DNA of 64,000 bases from Mytilus edulis (Eukaryota). Shown piece after piece: positions 38,991-52,366 of the stretch. Position 1 is the stretch's first letter. Each line of letters opens with the position of its first letter. Under the pieces are notes generated by a model. The model saw only the letters and a list, made by a program, of their open reading frames with translations. It was not told the origin of the DNA and searched no databases. The stretch is from positions 4,526,001 through 4,590,000 of the forward strand of contig NC_092345.1 of NCBI RefSeq assembly GCF_963676685.1. The letters are read 5' to 3'. The position numbers and the translations under genes were made by a program.

Positions 38991-40125
38991 GATAGTTAGT
39001 TTCATTTCCTATGATACCCTTTCCGAAAGTCCATTTGTCTCCGTACTCCAAGATCTAAAGTATGTGACAAAGTGGTTAGCTTTGCTAAAAGTTTGTACCT
39101 CAATTGTTTAAATTACATTTTCATTTTTGCTGGTGTGTTTTGTACGTATGACTTTTTGTGTTTCTTTGGTACATATGACGTGACTTTGTACTTTTAAAGA
39201 TCCCGCCATTATGTTATTGTTCTATTGTATTTTAATATGTTATTGTTCTAGCGCTATAAAACCAGGTTCAATCCACCATTTTCTACTTTTGAAAATGCGT
39301 GTACTAAGTCAGGAATATGATAGGAGTATTGCCATTTGATTAGGGATTATCGGTATTTTTGTGTTTTTACTTTGTATCTCCATTATGCTTGATCTAAATA
39401 TAGTTAGTATTATAATTTTAATTTGTTGATCTTTGTATCTCTTTTATGATTGGTTAACGTTTGTATCTCATTTGTGCTTGGATAATGTTTGTTGTCTCCC
39501 TGTTGTGATAAATAATATAGTTATAATACCTTATTATATTCTAACCATTCGGTTCCTGTACTTAAATCTTTCAGTCCTCTATGGATTGATTTGACATACA
39601 TAAATAAGAAAGCAATGAATGAGGTTGTTACATTTGGTATATGCCTTTTGTGCTTCTTTGTTTGTTTTATTGTGATAAAGATTATAACACAATGTAGATT
39701 GCTGTACCCCAATTATTGACATTTGTACCTGCTATATCTGTTTTGTCCACGCATCGTTGTCAATTTAATTGAATTTGATGCTACTTTTTTACAAGTGAGA
39801 GATTAAGCGCTATAAAACTAGGTTCGATTCACCATTTTCTACATAAAAAAATGCCTGTACCAAGTCAGGAATATGAGAGTTGTTGTGCATTCGTTTGATG
39901 TGTTTGAGTTTTTGATTTTGTCATTTGATTAGGGAATTTTCAGAGTTAAGTAATTTTGTGATTTTACCTTTTGCATTTCTCTAGCATATATTTTAATGAT
40001 TTTTTTAAGATGGCGTTTTAATCAAATCTAATAAATTGACGTCTTTGAAAATGTGTTTGAACTTGTTACACTATTGATTTATTTTATTAATACAACTCGT
40101 GATCATACTCTAAAACAGTGTATCT

Positions 40126-41372
40126 TTAAAAATCGTCTGTATCTGAATTTTCATCTCGATAAAGCTGTATACAATTTAAAGTTGGTACAGGCAGAGCTGT
40201 TCGTGATGGTTGTTGTTTGTCTGAGGAAATATCATCATCCTTGTCCTCATTATCTTCAAAATGAACAGATTTTCTAGCTGTTAAAGATCCATGACTTTGA
40301 TCGTTGTTAAATTCATTCATGCCTTGGTCCATATTTCTGGTTATCTCATTCTTTTCGTCCATTTCTTCGCTTGTTGTTGATGAGTCGTCTTCGCTCTCGT
40401 AAACTGATTGGTCATGCTTATCGGATGTTACAGATATAGGTGTCGAACATGCTGAACGACCTGACGAACACATTTCATCGTCCTTAAAGAATTCACAATT
40501 CTGTATGGATGGTGAAACGGAAAGTGATGGCGCTTTAATATCAGTCGTATCTTGGTCGGATGCTACAGGTTCACGAGTCAGACATGCATGATCCGGAGAA
40601 TCAAGTTCTTTTTCTTCTATTTCTGTTTCCTGAACATATGGCAGGACGTGGGTTCGAGGTGTTTCTGATAGATTTTCTGGTAGTGGTGTAACTGGTTGTA
40701 AATATCGATCTGAATCTGCTGGCAATAACTCATAAAAGTCATCATCAAAATCAGGAGTAAAGCCTTCATTGGTGAAGTATAAAGATGTTGCAGGTTTAAG
40801 CGGAACTAGAGTACGAGAAGGTTTTAGGTTAATCTCTTCCAATGCCTCGTCATTTTCTAGTTCAGCTATAGCTTCATCGGCTTCCAGCTCTAAATCGATC
40901 AATGTAGGTTCCATCAGAATCGGGGTAGGTTTGTATGGAAGAAGTTTAGGCGATGTACTAGATTCTTCCTCAATAATTTCATTGACACTAGGCTCGCTAG
41001 GTTCACCATGTCTGACGTGTTCACAGAATTTAGTTGTGTCAGACCAAGCAAACGAGTCTTCATGGCGATAGGATTGTGGTGGAGTGTTAGCGGAGAAAGG
41101 TTTGTTTTTCATATTTCGGTTATTATATTTCATTCCGTCCGACCAGGCAAATGTATCCTCGTGCTGATAGGATTGTGGTGGAATGTTTGGTGAGAAGGGT
41201 TTCTTTTTGATATTCAAATCTTTAGCTTTCATTCCATCCAATATATAAAACGGACAGAGAATAAGCGCAATAAATACAGAAATCACTCCAATAATACCAC
41301 TGTATCCCAGGCTAGAATTGTATTCTACCTTGCTCTGAAGAATCAGGAGATGGGCTATTGCAACAAAAGTTC
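40126..41372 (-). CDS. claudin/PMP22-like gene B, exon 3 (TM4 plus long acidic low-complexity tail); protein 533 aa
   Basis: Acceptor ttccag, in frame with ORF 40126..41415. TM4 ends ILCPFYILD. Total CDS 1602 nt. Confidence 0.88.
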
Positions 41373-41880
41373 CTGGAATAAAGGGAAGAGAAGTAAACCG
41401 AGAGGAAGGACACAAACAAAATTCAGTTGTATAAAGATTTTTGGTGAATTTAGAATGTTATTTTTGTATTGATTTGTAGGGGTGGGGTAAAAATAGTGAT
41501 GGTGTAAAATTGTATAAATAGTATCAATCATAATCATATCATATATAATAAAAAAAATATTGAAGGAAAACCCATCATATATACCAGATTGCTTTAAGAT
41601 ATATAGATTTAATCGAATAGTAAAAAATATATCTGGATGAAACGTTTGGTTTTTTTTACCTACGAGAAAATCATAAAATTGAAAATGTCTTTTTGAAATG
41701 ATCTACTTTTTTTTAACGTTGTAGTAAAGAATCTAAAACTGCTGCGATTACCATTATTTTCATTTATTAGAAAATAAAACATATTTACAATTAATTTTCT
41801 TTTGTCGCATACATTTGATTATGATTACAAAACCAATAGTATGTTTGTCCGTTAAAGTGTGGTTGTTAGACAGATCTTAC

Positions 41881-42036
41881 CAGCTGATAAGGCACTGATA
41901 AATGCTAGAAACTTGATTCCTTTCAACATCTTCCATTTGTCTGAACAGAAATGTGCTAGTGAAGCAGATACACAGAAACAAAAGTAAGCAACTAAACCAA
42001 GACATCCTAAAGGTTGGACTGTCCTAAGTATGTTAT
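41881..42036 (-). CDS. claudin/PMP22-like gene B, exon 2
   Basis: Acceptor tttcag, donor CTG|GTAAG. 156 nt, phase 1-1. DNILRTVQPLGCLGLVAYFCFCVSASLAHFCSDKWKMLKGIKFLAFISALSA. Not present in the ORF track. Confidence 0.88.
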
Positions 42037-42588
42037 CTGAAATATTAAAATGATTACTTTTGATATAAAAAAAAAGCGGATTTGTGTTGTGTTATGTAAC
42101 TTAGAATACTAAATGCCAGTACATTAAGTAATTTTACTGCTTTACTCCCCTGCATGTGTAAGAATGATCAATTTATACTATAATATATGTATATCGCTCA
42201 AAAAGTCAAAACTTGGAATTGATGAAACCAAATGGAGTGAAGAGTCTTCATTCTATATTTTGAACTTTCTTCAGCAACTTTAGATATTTCCATTTAGGTT
42301 TATTGTAATGTCATTCCTTGCTGTTCAGTAATGATGACATCAACGTCGGTACATATCACAATTTATATCAAATGTAATCTGTAACCAGACTGAGTTTAAT
42401 TTACTGGCTTTGTAATTGCTGTTAAGCATAAACAGTATATACAAAATTCACGATGTAATCATTGAGATTTTTTTCTTTGTTTTTGTGTCCCCTTTTTTCT
42501 GACAGTTGTGAATATATAGCTTCATACATTGGACCCTTATAAACTATGTCTCATCCTAGTTTACCAGTGCAAATTATGTAAGCCATAC

Positions 42589-42787
42589 CTTTTGCTACCA
42601 AAGCACTACAACCATTTTGACCATCTTCCAGACAAATTTGAAAGAGACCTGATGTTCTCTTTACGATACCATCAGAATACACAATCCATGCAGGTGTAGC
42701 AAAACATGCCACGTATAAAATAAAGCCGACATATGTAGCAAATAATTGGATAGTCTTAGGCCTCAGTAAACGTTTATTACACTCCAT
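42589..42787 (-). CDS. claudin/PMP22-like tetraspan gene B, exon 1
   Basis: ATG at 42787, 199 nt, donor AAG|GTATGG. Contains PAWIVYSDG...SGLFQICLEDGQNGC. Confidence 0.88.
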
Positions 42788-43450
42788 AATATAGCTTCTA
42801 ATAAAATATATATTTTCTTCCGGTATTAAAATAAAGTAAATACGTACTATATAAGGGTCTGGATAAGAGAGGGACCTTCAGTTGCTTATTCTTTAATAAT
42901 TTAGATCATTTTCTCTACTCTTTATTTATTTTGTCTATTATTCTCTATTTTGCACACATTTATTCTCTATTCTTTATTTTATGTTGTTTGTTTTTATGCT
43001 CTATTCTGCATATTTTGAAAATAATTCTCTATTATGTAAACCCCATCCAGACCCTCTTACTTGTGCATTCATAGGAAAATGACTTTGTAATAGGTTTTGT
43101 TTTAAACAATAGTATTAATTATAAATATTTCTTTATTTGTATAGAAAATTACGTGAAATTATTATTATATTGCAAATTAACGGTTATAAGTTACAACAAT
43201 AGTGAATCAACTTCTTTTTAGAATTTTTTTTTATTTTTAAACTATAAACATTTTCAAACTCTTAACTTCCGCTCAGTACCATAGAAATAATTTGTAATGA
43301 AAATGCCCTTGTGCAATTTAAAGAAAGTCAACAAATATTTTGGTTTGGAAGTTTTGCATTACCTATAGAAACCTTATAACAACGGGATATCACATCCTAA
43401 TTTGTAGTAGGATTTTTTGTTGAAAAATCTTTGAATATTGTCTCCATTGA

Positions 43451-44185
43451 TGCTTACTTTGCTTAATCCTGTTGCCCCTTGGTGGAACATAGGCCACTAA
43501 CGAAATTTCTCCACCTTGTTCTGTCTTTTGCTAGCCTCTCCAGACCGTGCCACTTGTACCCTTCTTTCTCCATCTCGGCTGCAACATTCCTTCTCCAGGT
43601 GTATCTTGATCTGCCCCTGCTACGCTTTCCTTGTGGGTTCCACTATAAGGCTTGCCTTGTAATGTTAGTTTTTGGCTTCCTCAGTGTGTCCTATCTATTG
43701 CCATTTTCTCTTTTTAAACTCTTCATCAACTGGGGATTAGTTGGTATTTTCCCAAAGATCTTTGTTTGATATCTTCCCAGGCCTTCTGATATCAAGGATG
43801 CGCCTGAGGCAGTTGTTAATGAAGACTTGAAGTTTATGAAGCAGGTATTTTGCTGTTTTCTAAGTCTCAGCTCTATATAAGAGTATAGTTTTTACGTTTG
43901 AATTGAACAAGCGTATTATGGTCTTAAGCGTGATATTTCGTGCTTTCCAGATTGACCTCATCATGTAAAATGCAGTTCTGGCTTTGCCAATTCTGGTCTT
44001 TACATCTTTATCTGAGCCGCCAGGATTATCCACTTCGCTTCCAAGGTATGTAAAGGATACCACTTCTTCTAATGCTTGGGTGTTAACTATCAGACTTGCT
44101 TGGGACTTTGTGTTTGACTTTATCACTTTGATCTTGTTATGATTGATGGAAAGGCCCGTTTCTGCTGCTCTCTTTTCCATTGATA
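43451..44185 (-). mobile_element. 5'-truncated RTE-clade LINE, 3' end
   Basis: ORF 43860..44180 (GLSINHNKIKV...LEEVVSFTYLGS...RIGKARTAF...IRLFNSNVKTILLY.AET) continues FINNCLRRIL. Short TAAG-like repeated tail. Confidence 0.85.
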
Positions 44186-44219
44186 CTATTGATAATTGAT
44201 TTTTCTTGAAAATAAATTA

Positions 44220-44435
44220 AAAGAGTACGGAAAGAAACAAGATGGACAGATAAATCTTAAATAAACTGTCAACGCCATGGCTAAAACTGAAAAAAGACAA
44301 ACAGACAAACAATAGTACACATGACACAACATAGAAAACTAAAGAATAAGCAACACGAACCCCACAAAAAACTAGGGGTGATCCCCGGTGCTCCGGAAGG
44401 GTAGGCAGATCATGCTCCACATGTGGCACCCGTCG
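44220..44435 (-). repeat. interspersed repeat family (...TTTAGCCATGGCGTTGTCAGTTT...)
   Basis: Copies at 3105-3260 (+), 26810-26897 (+) and 50704-50910 (-). Confidence 0.75.
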
Positions 44436-47400
44436 TAAAGTATGACTAAACAAGTATGACAATATCGTTATGAACACTTTCGATCCTACATCCTATAGAT
44501 ATTTATGTTGGCATTGTAAAAAATCATGCTTTTCTCTAACTGTTTAAGTTTCAAATTCATTTGATGTGATCTAATTGATAGTTAATTTTTAGAAACATGA
44601 CTTATGTATTAGTTATAATTGGCTTTCCACAGTTTTAATAAAGTTAAGTACTATGTTATCGGTTCAATGTGAATTTGTTTTGAATATTTATGAGTTTTGT
44701 TATGTGCGTAGTGTCGATCTGATCAGTTAAACCTTTTCCAACTAACTTTTAAAGTTCGTTCTTGTGTTGTGCTTGTCACAGGTTTGGGGAGAATAAAGTG
44801 TTCACGGACATCTAGAGCCCCGCCACATTATTGGTCTGTTTGTCCCATGCCTGGAGCCAGCATCTTCGCTAGCCAAGGGTACGATCCAGTCCTCTCCTCT
44901 CTGCAAAGATCCGTACCCTTTTATATATGCTAGCAAAGATGGGAGTCTGATATTCAGGGAGATTGGTTAGATGCTGTTTTCCACATTTATTCTACCATAC
45001 TGAACGGTGTCGGTTTTGTTAATCGTTGAAAGTTCGTATTTGTTTGATAAAATTAGGATTCTATAAAGCTGGAAGACATTTGCAACTTTGGATACAATAA
45101 CACGTTTACTATTATAGATTTACATAAGGAAAAGTTAGCTCGGGGTCAGAACATCTCATTAGTGTAGTTTATATAAGAACAGTCTTTTCCCCCTGATTTC
45201 TTTTTTACTCCGTTTAACTATTGACATGATTCATTAATAGCTTTATTATTATTGCTGGCACGATATTAAAGATATATAATTATTGGGGTGTTTTTAATTA
45301 TCCAAAATATACTTATCACCTACATAGCTAACATTGAGGCGAGGCAAGTCTCGCGTTCATATAAACAATCATTTCATTTCATAAATCGGCAAGAATATTG
45401 TTGACACCTTATTAGTAATTTCACTGTAAACTTGTGTTTTATATCAGATTTATTATAATGGCTGGAACAATTTTACCGATATATGATTATTTTTGGTGTG
45501 TTTAATTACGTACACAAAGACACCATCTGTTTAGAATTAGGGCGGGAGAAAAAAAATTGAATAATTGAATTCTTCTACTAGAAAATTTATAATTTCTATT
45601 TATTAAAAAAATTTAACTTAGTACATCTTATTATTATTAGTTCCATATATTACATGCTGATGTTATAGGAATTTTTGTGATTTCATAATCTTTTACATTT
45701 TATTGAATCCTTACCTACATTGTATAAAACATATTCTATTCCGTACAAATGCATTCCAATTTTGATAAAAATGCACTGTGTATGGTGACTGCAAAGATAC
45801 ATGTCTGTCACATTTGTGATCAACTATCATTAATTTAGAAATGAATAAAAGAGTACATAGTTTGCCTTTTCTAGACTTGGAAACTATAAGTCAAGAACTT
45901 GCAAAGCGGTTTGTGTTCGTACCGGCCGACAAAGCAGCCAAAGATATGATGGTGGTATGACACAACTTCCACACGGAAGTTCTAAATAATGAAATTATGA
46001 ATTCTTCTACATTCTTTCAGGTAAGTGCACTTCACAGAATGTCATATAGTAGACAGCCTAATCATTACCACAGTTAAAGGCCCTCGTCTGAACATTTGAA
46101 GGTCCCTAGTATGTAATGATTAACCAAACTAAAACAAATAATTTCCATTCTCAATTTTAATCCTTAAAATATCGTCCCATCTTAGCCTCAAGTTAATGTT
46201 CTATAACTACTTTTTCAGTGATTTTAACTGCTATCATAGAACTTATCACTCTAAAATTTCTTAAGATGTTTCAGACAAAATACGTGCGTGTGATGATGGT
46301 TCTTTTCATTCTGCTGACAGTTTTGACTTTCCAATTCTTTATGCTTCACACAATGTCATGTTTAATCTGACTTTTAAATTTGAACCAAGTCAGAAAATTT
46401 GCAGTTGTTATCTTATAGTTCATTTCTCTAAGTGTTGCATTGTCGGGTGTTTTTGGTTGTTTGTTTTTTTGCATTCAGTGTTTTTCTCTTATAGTTGATA
46501 TGTTTCTCTCGGTTTTAGTTTGTAGCCCGGATTTGTTTTTTTTTAATCGATTTATGACTTTTGAACAGCGATATACTACTATTGCCTTTATTTGATGACG
46601 TCTTTTTTTTTACTAAATTTGTGTGAGATGTTAACTTATGTCTTTGTGCAATGTATAAACTCACTCCTACGTCCGGTCTTGGTTCTGGCAGTTGTTTTTT
46701 CTGCTCTGTATCGATTTGATTAGCTAAGCCTTATTCAACTGATATTTATAGTTTGTTCTTAAGTTGAACTGGTACATCACTGTCTCAGGTTAAGGGGTGA
46801 TTAAGCACGAACAACGAATCTCCGCCATATTCTGTCTGGGATGTCCGAACTCAGGAACCTTTAACTAAGTGGTTGCCGATTGTAAATGTATAACATATTT
46901 GTTTTTCGTTCATTAATTTGTGCTTAAATTAGCCCGTATGTTGTATTTTTTCGTTTGAATGATTGTACATTTGTCATTTTGGGGTCTTTGTAGCTGACTA
47001 TGCATACTATATTGCTCAGTGTTGAAGGCCATACGGCGACCAATAGTTGTTAACTTCTCTGTCATTTGGTCTCTTGAAGAGAGTTGTTCAATTGGCAGTC
47101 AAACCATATCTTCTTATTTACATATATACTATGTTAACTTCTACGTCATCTGGTCCCTGTTGGAGGGTTGTCTCAATTGCAATCTTAATATCTCCTTATT
47201 TCTATATCATATACACATTTAAACGTCTAAATATATGTGAAAACATATATATATATTTGTGCCTCTCTTCTACTTACATCAGTTTGATACTAAAGTTCAG
47301 TTCATAGACCCTTCGCCGCCGAAAAAAATTGTTAAATGTAATCATGGTTAATTTTGTAGATGACGTCCTAACCACACCAGCAATACTATCGAAATAAACA

Positions 47401-49038
47401 GTCACAAACCAATCAACAGTATTTGACCTGATGTTTTTTTCTACAAACCAAGGATCTATAAAATATGTCTTATATATCTTAGTATAGGTGGGATGAAAAT
47501 AACAGAGAATATCATTAACTCAGTGAAAAATACAACTCCCTGACGAGGGTGATATTCAAAAGATATAGGAAGATGTGGTGTGAGTGCCAATGAGATTTAA
47601 AACATGAATTATAAAGGCAACAGTAGTATACCGCTGTTCAAAACTCGTAAATCGATGGAAAAAACAAAATCGGGGTAACAAACTAAAACTGAGGGAAACT
47701 CATTAAATATAAAAGGAGAACAACGACACAACATTAAAATGTAACACACACAAAACGGACTAAACAGTAGACAAAATCCGATGAGAATAACAAATATAAC
47801 ATTAAAACCAAATACATGAATTTGGGATAGAAAAGTACCGTGACACGTTTTATAGTAATGTGATAATAATTATCAGTGTCAGCGACACATATATGAAGTG
47901 ATAGAAATCTGGATTATATCTTTCTGAGGCCTTATCAATTTCCATGTATCACGTGATTTGTTCTGTTTCGTTATAAAGTAAACTATTTGTAATAGAGCCA
48001 TCAAACTAATAAAACCTGGACCATTGATAGAGCTAATCCTACCAGTAAAGAAACAAGTCAGGTACGAGAAAACCAAAAGGCATACCTTAAATCATTAACA
48101 AAACTAATTGAATTATACATATATGATATCTTATACAACATTCACATCCATACACATCCCTCTTGCGACCAATATATGTTATGTTTTCATGCAAACATAT
48201 GTTAAACAACGTATTTATTGTATTGACATTACATGACTTATTATGTGTAATTCATATAGTAAGTTGGTTCATACTAGTTTCTAGGCAGTACACAATTAAC
48301 TTACATTCGAAGCATTACTAGTAAATAAATGTTATGACAGCTACTTTGTTTCTGTTCATTTAAAAAAGCATGTTTTTTAAGTATATTATACAATTATTAG
48401 TTGTTAGTATTTATTCTATATTACCATGATACATGTAGCAACCAAAAATAAACTAAAAGTTACTCCTATAACTGACGTCATATGAAAATGTAAATGCTTT
48501 GTTTACTTGATCATTTACAAATTAATTCCCCAAAAAATTCATTCATATTTGCCTAATTAAGAAACATGGCATCCTGGCCTTTATATATAAGAAACCCTGG
48601 TTGTGAGTCAAAACGGTTATATCTATAAAAAAAATTAATAATAATAATAATAATAAGCTGTAGCCATTTGACAGAGAACATAAAACCAGGTTAAATCCAC
48701 CATTTTCTACATAAGAAAATGCCTGTACCGAGTCAAGAAGATGACAGTTGTTGTTCATGCGTATGCTGTGTTTGAGCGTTTTATTTTGCCATTTGATTAG
48801 GGTCTTCCCGTTCATTATTTTTCCCCGGAGTTCAGTATTTTTGTAATTTTACTTTTTAGTAGTTTGATACTTTCTTTTATATTTCAGAGTATAAACAAAG
48901 GCAACAGTAGTATACCGCTGTTCAAAAGTCATACATTGATTGAGATTCGTCATAACTATGTTTAAATGTTTTCTTGTCGAAATGCGGTGTATCTGAAGCA
49001 GTATAATTAGTGCCATTAATGTTAGTAATATACTTGAC

Positions 49039-49122
49039 AAATTCAAGAAACCCTATATGGGTATATAAATTCTAGAAACCCTATATGGGTATATAAATTC
49101 TAGAAACCCTATATAGGTATAT
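49039..49122 (+). repeat. 28-bp tandem repeat, 3 copies, just downstream of the gene C stop codon
   Basis: AAATTCTAGAAACCCTATATGGGTATAT three times. Confidence 0.88.
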
Positions 49123-49217
49123 TTTTGCTTCTACTTTGTACTTAACATACTTATAACAAGATATGAATTAATTCACTTGAATGTTCAGAGCTAACGTAAC
49201 TTGTTTCGGCAATATGA

Positions 49218-50674
49218 TTACATCTTGTTCATTCTAAATTTGGCAGAAACAACTCTTTGATTAATTGTACTTTTTGGTATAGGTTTTTCTGTAATCTTTA
49301 TATTCTCTTTAGCCGTCGAAGTAGTTTCGGACGCTTGCAATAAGTGGTCAAGGCTTAATTCAGTTGATTCAGGCATTGCTCCGGTTTTATACTTTACTAC
49401 AAAGTCTTCGAAGAAATGTGGGAGTTCATCTTTCTTTTTCTTTTTCTTTTTCTTTCTTTTATCATCTTTTCTTTCGTTTTTATCTTCTATTTTCAATTCT
49501 TCACTTTTGAGTATTTCATTAACTTCGAGTTCTTCAGTAATTTTGTCGTATAATTGTCCTTCTAATTCTGAGGTTTTGTGTTCAACAACCGGTGGAGTTT
49601 CTATCCTTTCTTCTTTTTCATTAGTTTGTTCTGTAATTATCTGATCTGTTGTTTCTTCTTTTGCAGCTGTCTTTTTTTTATGATGTTTCTTCTTCTTCTT
49701 TTTAGTGCCAGTTGACTCTATCATATCATCATTCGTTTGTTCTTCTTTTGGATCTACTTGTATTTCGTGTTCTCTGTCATATTCTTGTTCTTCTAACTGT
49801 GATTTTGCTGCATCAACAGTCTTAGGTTTTTCAATATCAGCTTGTTGATCTTTCTCCTGAGATGGCAGTGTTAACAACGACGATTGGTCTGTACTTGTCG
49901 GATCAATGGTTTCTTCTTTTGCATGTTTCTTTGTTTTATGATGTTTCTTCTTCTTCTTCTTTTTCTTTTTGGCGCCGGTTGATTCTGATTCGTTTATATC
50001 TGCAGTATTGTGCATTTCATTTGAAAATTCTTGTTTTTCATCTTGGTTCTTATCTAATATCTTATTATTGGAATCGTCTTGAGTACCAGATATATCGATA
50101 TCCGTATCACGTATTTCATTTGTTTCTTGATCCATCACATCTGGTTTATTTTCGAAATCATTTTTTTCTGTTAATGTTTGTAAAGCAATTACTTCAGGAT
50201 AAAATAATAGCAATTTATCTGGAGCGTCTCTGCTGTCTTCATTATTTGTTTTATTATTATCTTGTTCTATTACCTTGTCTTCTTTCTTTTCTATTTCTAT
50301 TACTGTGTTCTTGTTTTTGATCATATCAAGAAGTGTTGATGAACGTTTTGTAGACTGTTTAGATGTAGAGGGTCTAGGTTTATTATACACTTTCATTATT
50401 TGCGAGTGGTAGGTCGGACAACGTTCCAAAATAAATGTAGTTTCTGGTGCTAAACCGGGAAGAATCGGTTCTGTTCTGTCCCAACGCTTTTGACGTTTGT
50501 CACGTGGTTTGTCTAGTTGTTTTGTTGTTGTAATACCATCGATTATGTAAAACGGAGTTAATATGATGGCGATTACATCTGCTACAAGTCCTAGGTATGC
50601 ACTATAGCTCAATTTACTTTCTTCGAATGTGTCACTTTGTAACATTGTTAGTGTTGCCATGGCAATAAAAATAC
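49218..50674 (-). CDS. claudin/PMP22-like gene C, exon 3 (TM4 plus long charged, poly-Lys tail); protein 603 aa
   Basis: Acceptor ttccag, in frame with ORF 49218..50660. TM4 ends ILTPFYIID. Total CDS 1812 nt. Confidence 0.88.
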
Positions 50675-52366
50675 CTGGAAAGAAAATAATTGAAAATTAC
50701 ATTAAAAGAGGGACAAAAGATACCAGAGGGAAAGTCAAATTCATAGATCGAAAATAAAGTGACAGCGCCATGGCTAAAAATGAAAAACAAAAACAAACAA
50801 ATAATAGTACACAAGACACAACATAGAAAACTAAAGACTGAGTAACACGAACTCCACCGAAAACTGGGGATGATCTAATGTGCTCCGGAAGGGTAGGCAG
50901 ATGCTGCTACAATTATTATAATTGTTATTCAAATATATAATAGTCACTTTAAAATTAAGTGATAACATTGTTTTGAGATTTGAATAAAAAATAAAGCATT
51001 CGTGGTGTTACAAGATCTTATATGCCAAAACAATATAACAAAAAAAACGAGCTCTGAGGAAAATTATAGACGGAACGTCGCTAAGCAAATGGCAAAATAA
51101 AAAGCTTAAACAAATCAAACAAATTAATGAATATTGTCATATTCCTGAATTGGTACAGGCATTTTCATATGTATAAAAAAAGGTACAAAATGTGAAAATA
51201 GGGGTACAGCAGTCAACATTGTGTTATAATCTAAATCACTTTAAAACAAGTAAATATGTAAACAAATATAAACAAAAAGGCGTTCATTATCACTGAACTA
51301 TTATATATATTTGTTTAGGGGCCGGGCGCACTACGTTTGCGCGCATTTGGGGATTAAAATGTTTTACGTTTGCGCGCAGCTTTCGATTACATTTGCGCGC
51401 ATTCATTTTACAGGTAAACTCAGGTAAAAATATAAATAAAGATTAAATCAAATTGTAATTGACTATATATTATTTTTATTTTCATAATAAATATGACTAT
51501 CAATTATTAATTTTGAAAACATTTCCTAAGTCAAATTATATATTGTTCATTGTGAATATTTCAGGATGAAAAGTGATTCAACTTTTAGTGTTCGTTTTTA
51601 AAATGAGTAAAGTTAATACTTAGTAATTCAAATTAGTTTGTGAAGTTACACAAAGGTACAAACATGGAGTTTCGGCACGTACCGACATGTAAAGTAATGA
51701 ATTTATCAATACTTTTAACTTTATTAAAGATAACAGCTATGTTTTAACATTTTAACATTTTCATATGTATATATTTCTAGGATTTAGTGCTTGTGCATAA
51801 TAAAACGGACTTATCTTGCTCGAAATCCCACTTCAATCTCATCCGAAGGACGCCTCCGGGTACGGGAATTTCTCGCTGCATTGAAGACCTGTTGGTGACC
51901 TTCTGCTGTTGTCTTCTCTATGGTCGGGTTGTTGTCTCTTTGACACATTCCCCATTTCCATTCTCAATTTTATATAGACAAAGCAAATTAGCAACTATAG
52001 CACAATAATCGGATGTATAAGTACTGAGACACGTCAAATGCATATAGCTCAAAATAGACTTAACAGTAAAAATGATAGTTTGCAAAGACGAATAAATTAA
52101 CACTATAACACGTTATTTTAAAAGATGATAAACAACGTCAGTATATAGAATCTATACTTCAAGACCATCGTGTATTATTTGTGAAAGTGATACAGAGTAT
52201 TTATCAACAAGGTTTTGGTACCTTCCGATGAACTTTGTTTTTGTATACAATTGTCACGAAGTTCCTTTCTCGTTTGTATTCAAACTCTTCAATTCTCGAA
52301 ATGTAATATTTTATGCAGAAGAATCAAAGACTGAAAATAGTTTTGTACAGGATATTCATTTACATA

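Noticed and set aside
45880-46350. second Penelope-like RT relic (VPADKAA, DSFDF)
   Set aside because: Heavily degraded with only two short motifs, so it is noted but not listed as a feature.
49862-50320. plus-strand 152-aa ORF (also 40769..41071)
   Set aside because: Antisense shadows of the low-complexity exon 3 of genes C and B.
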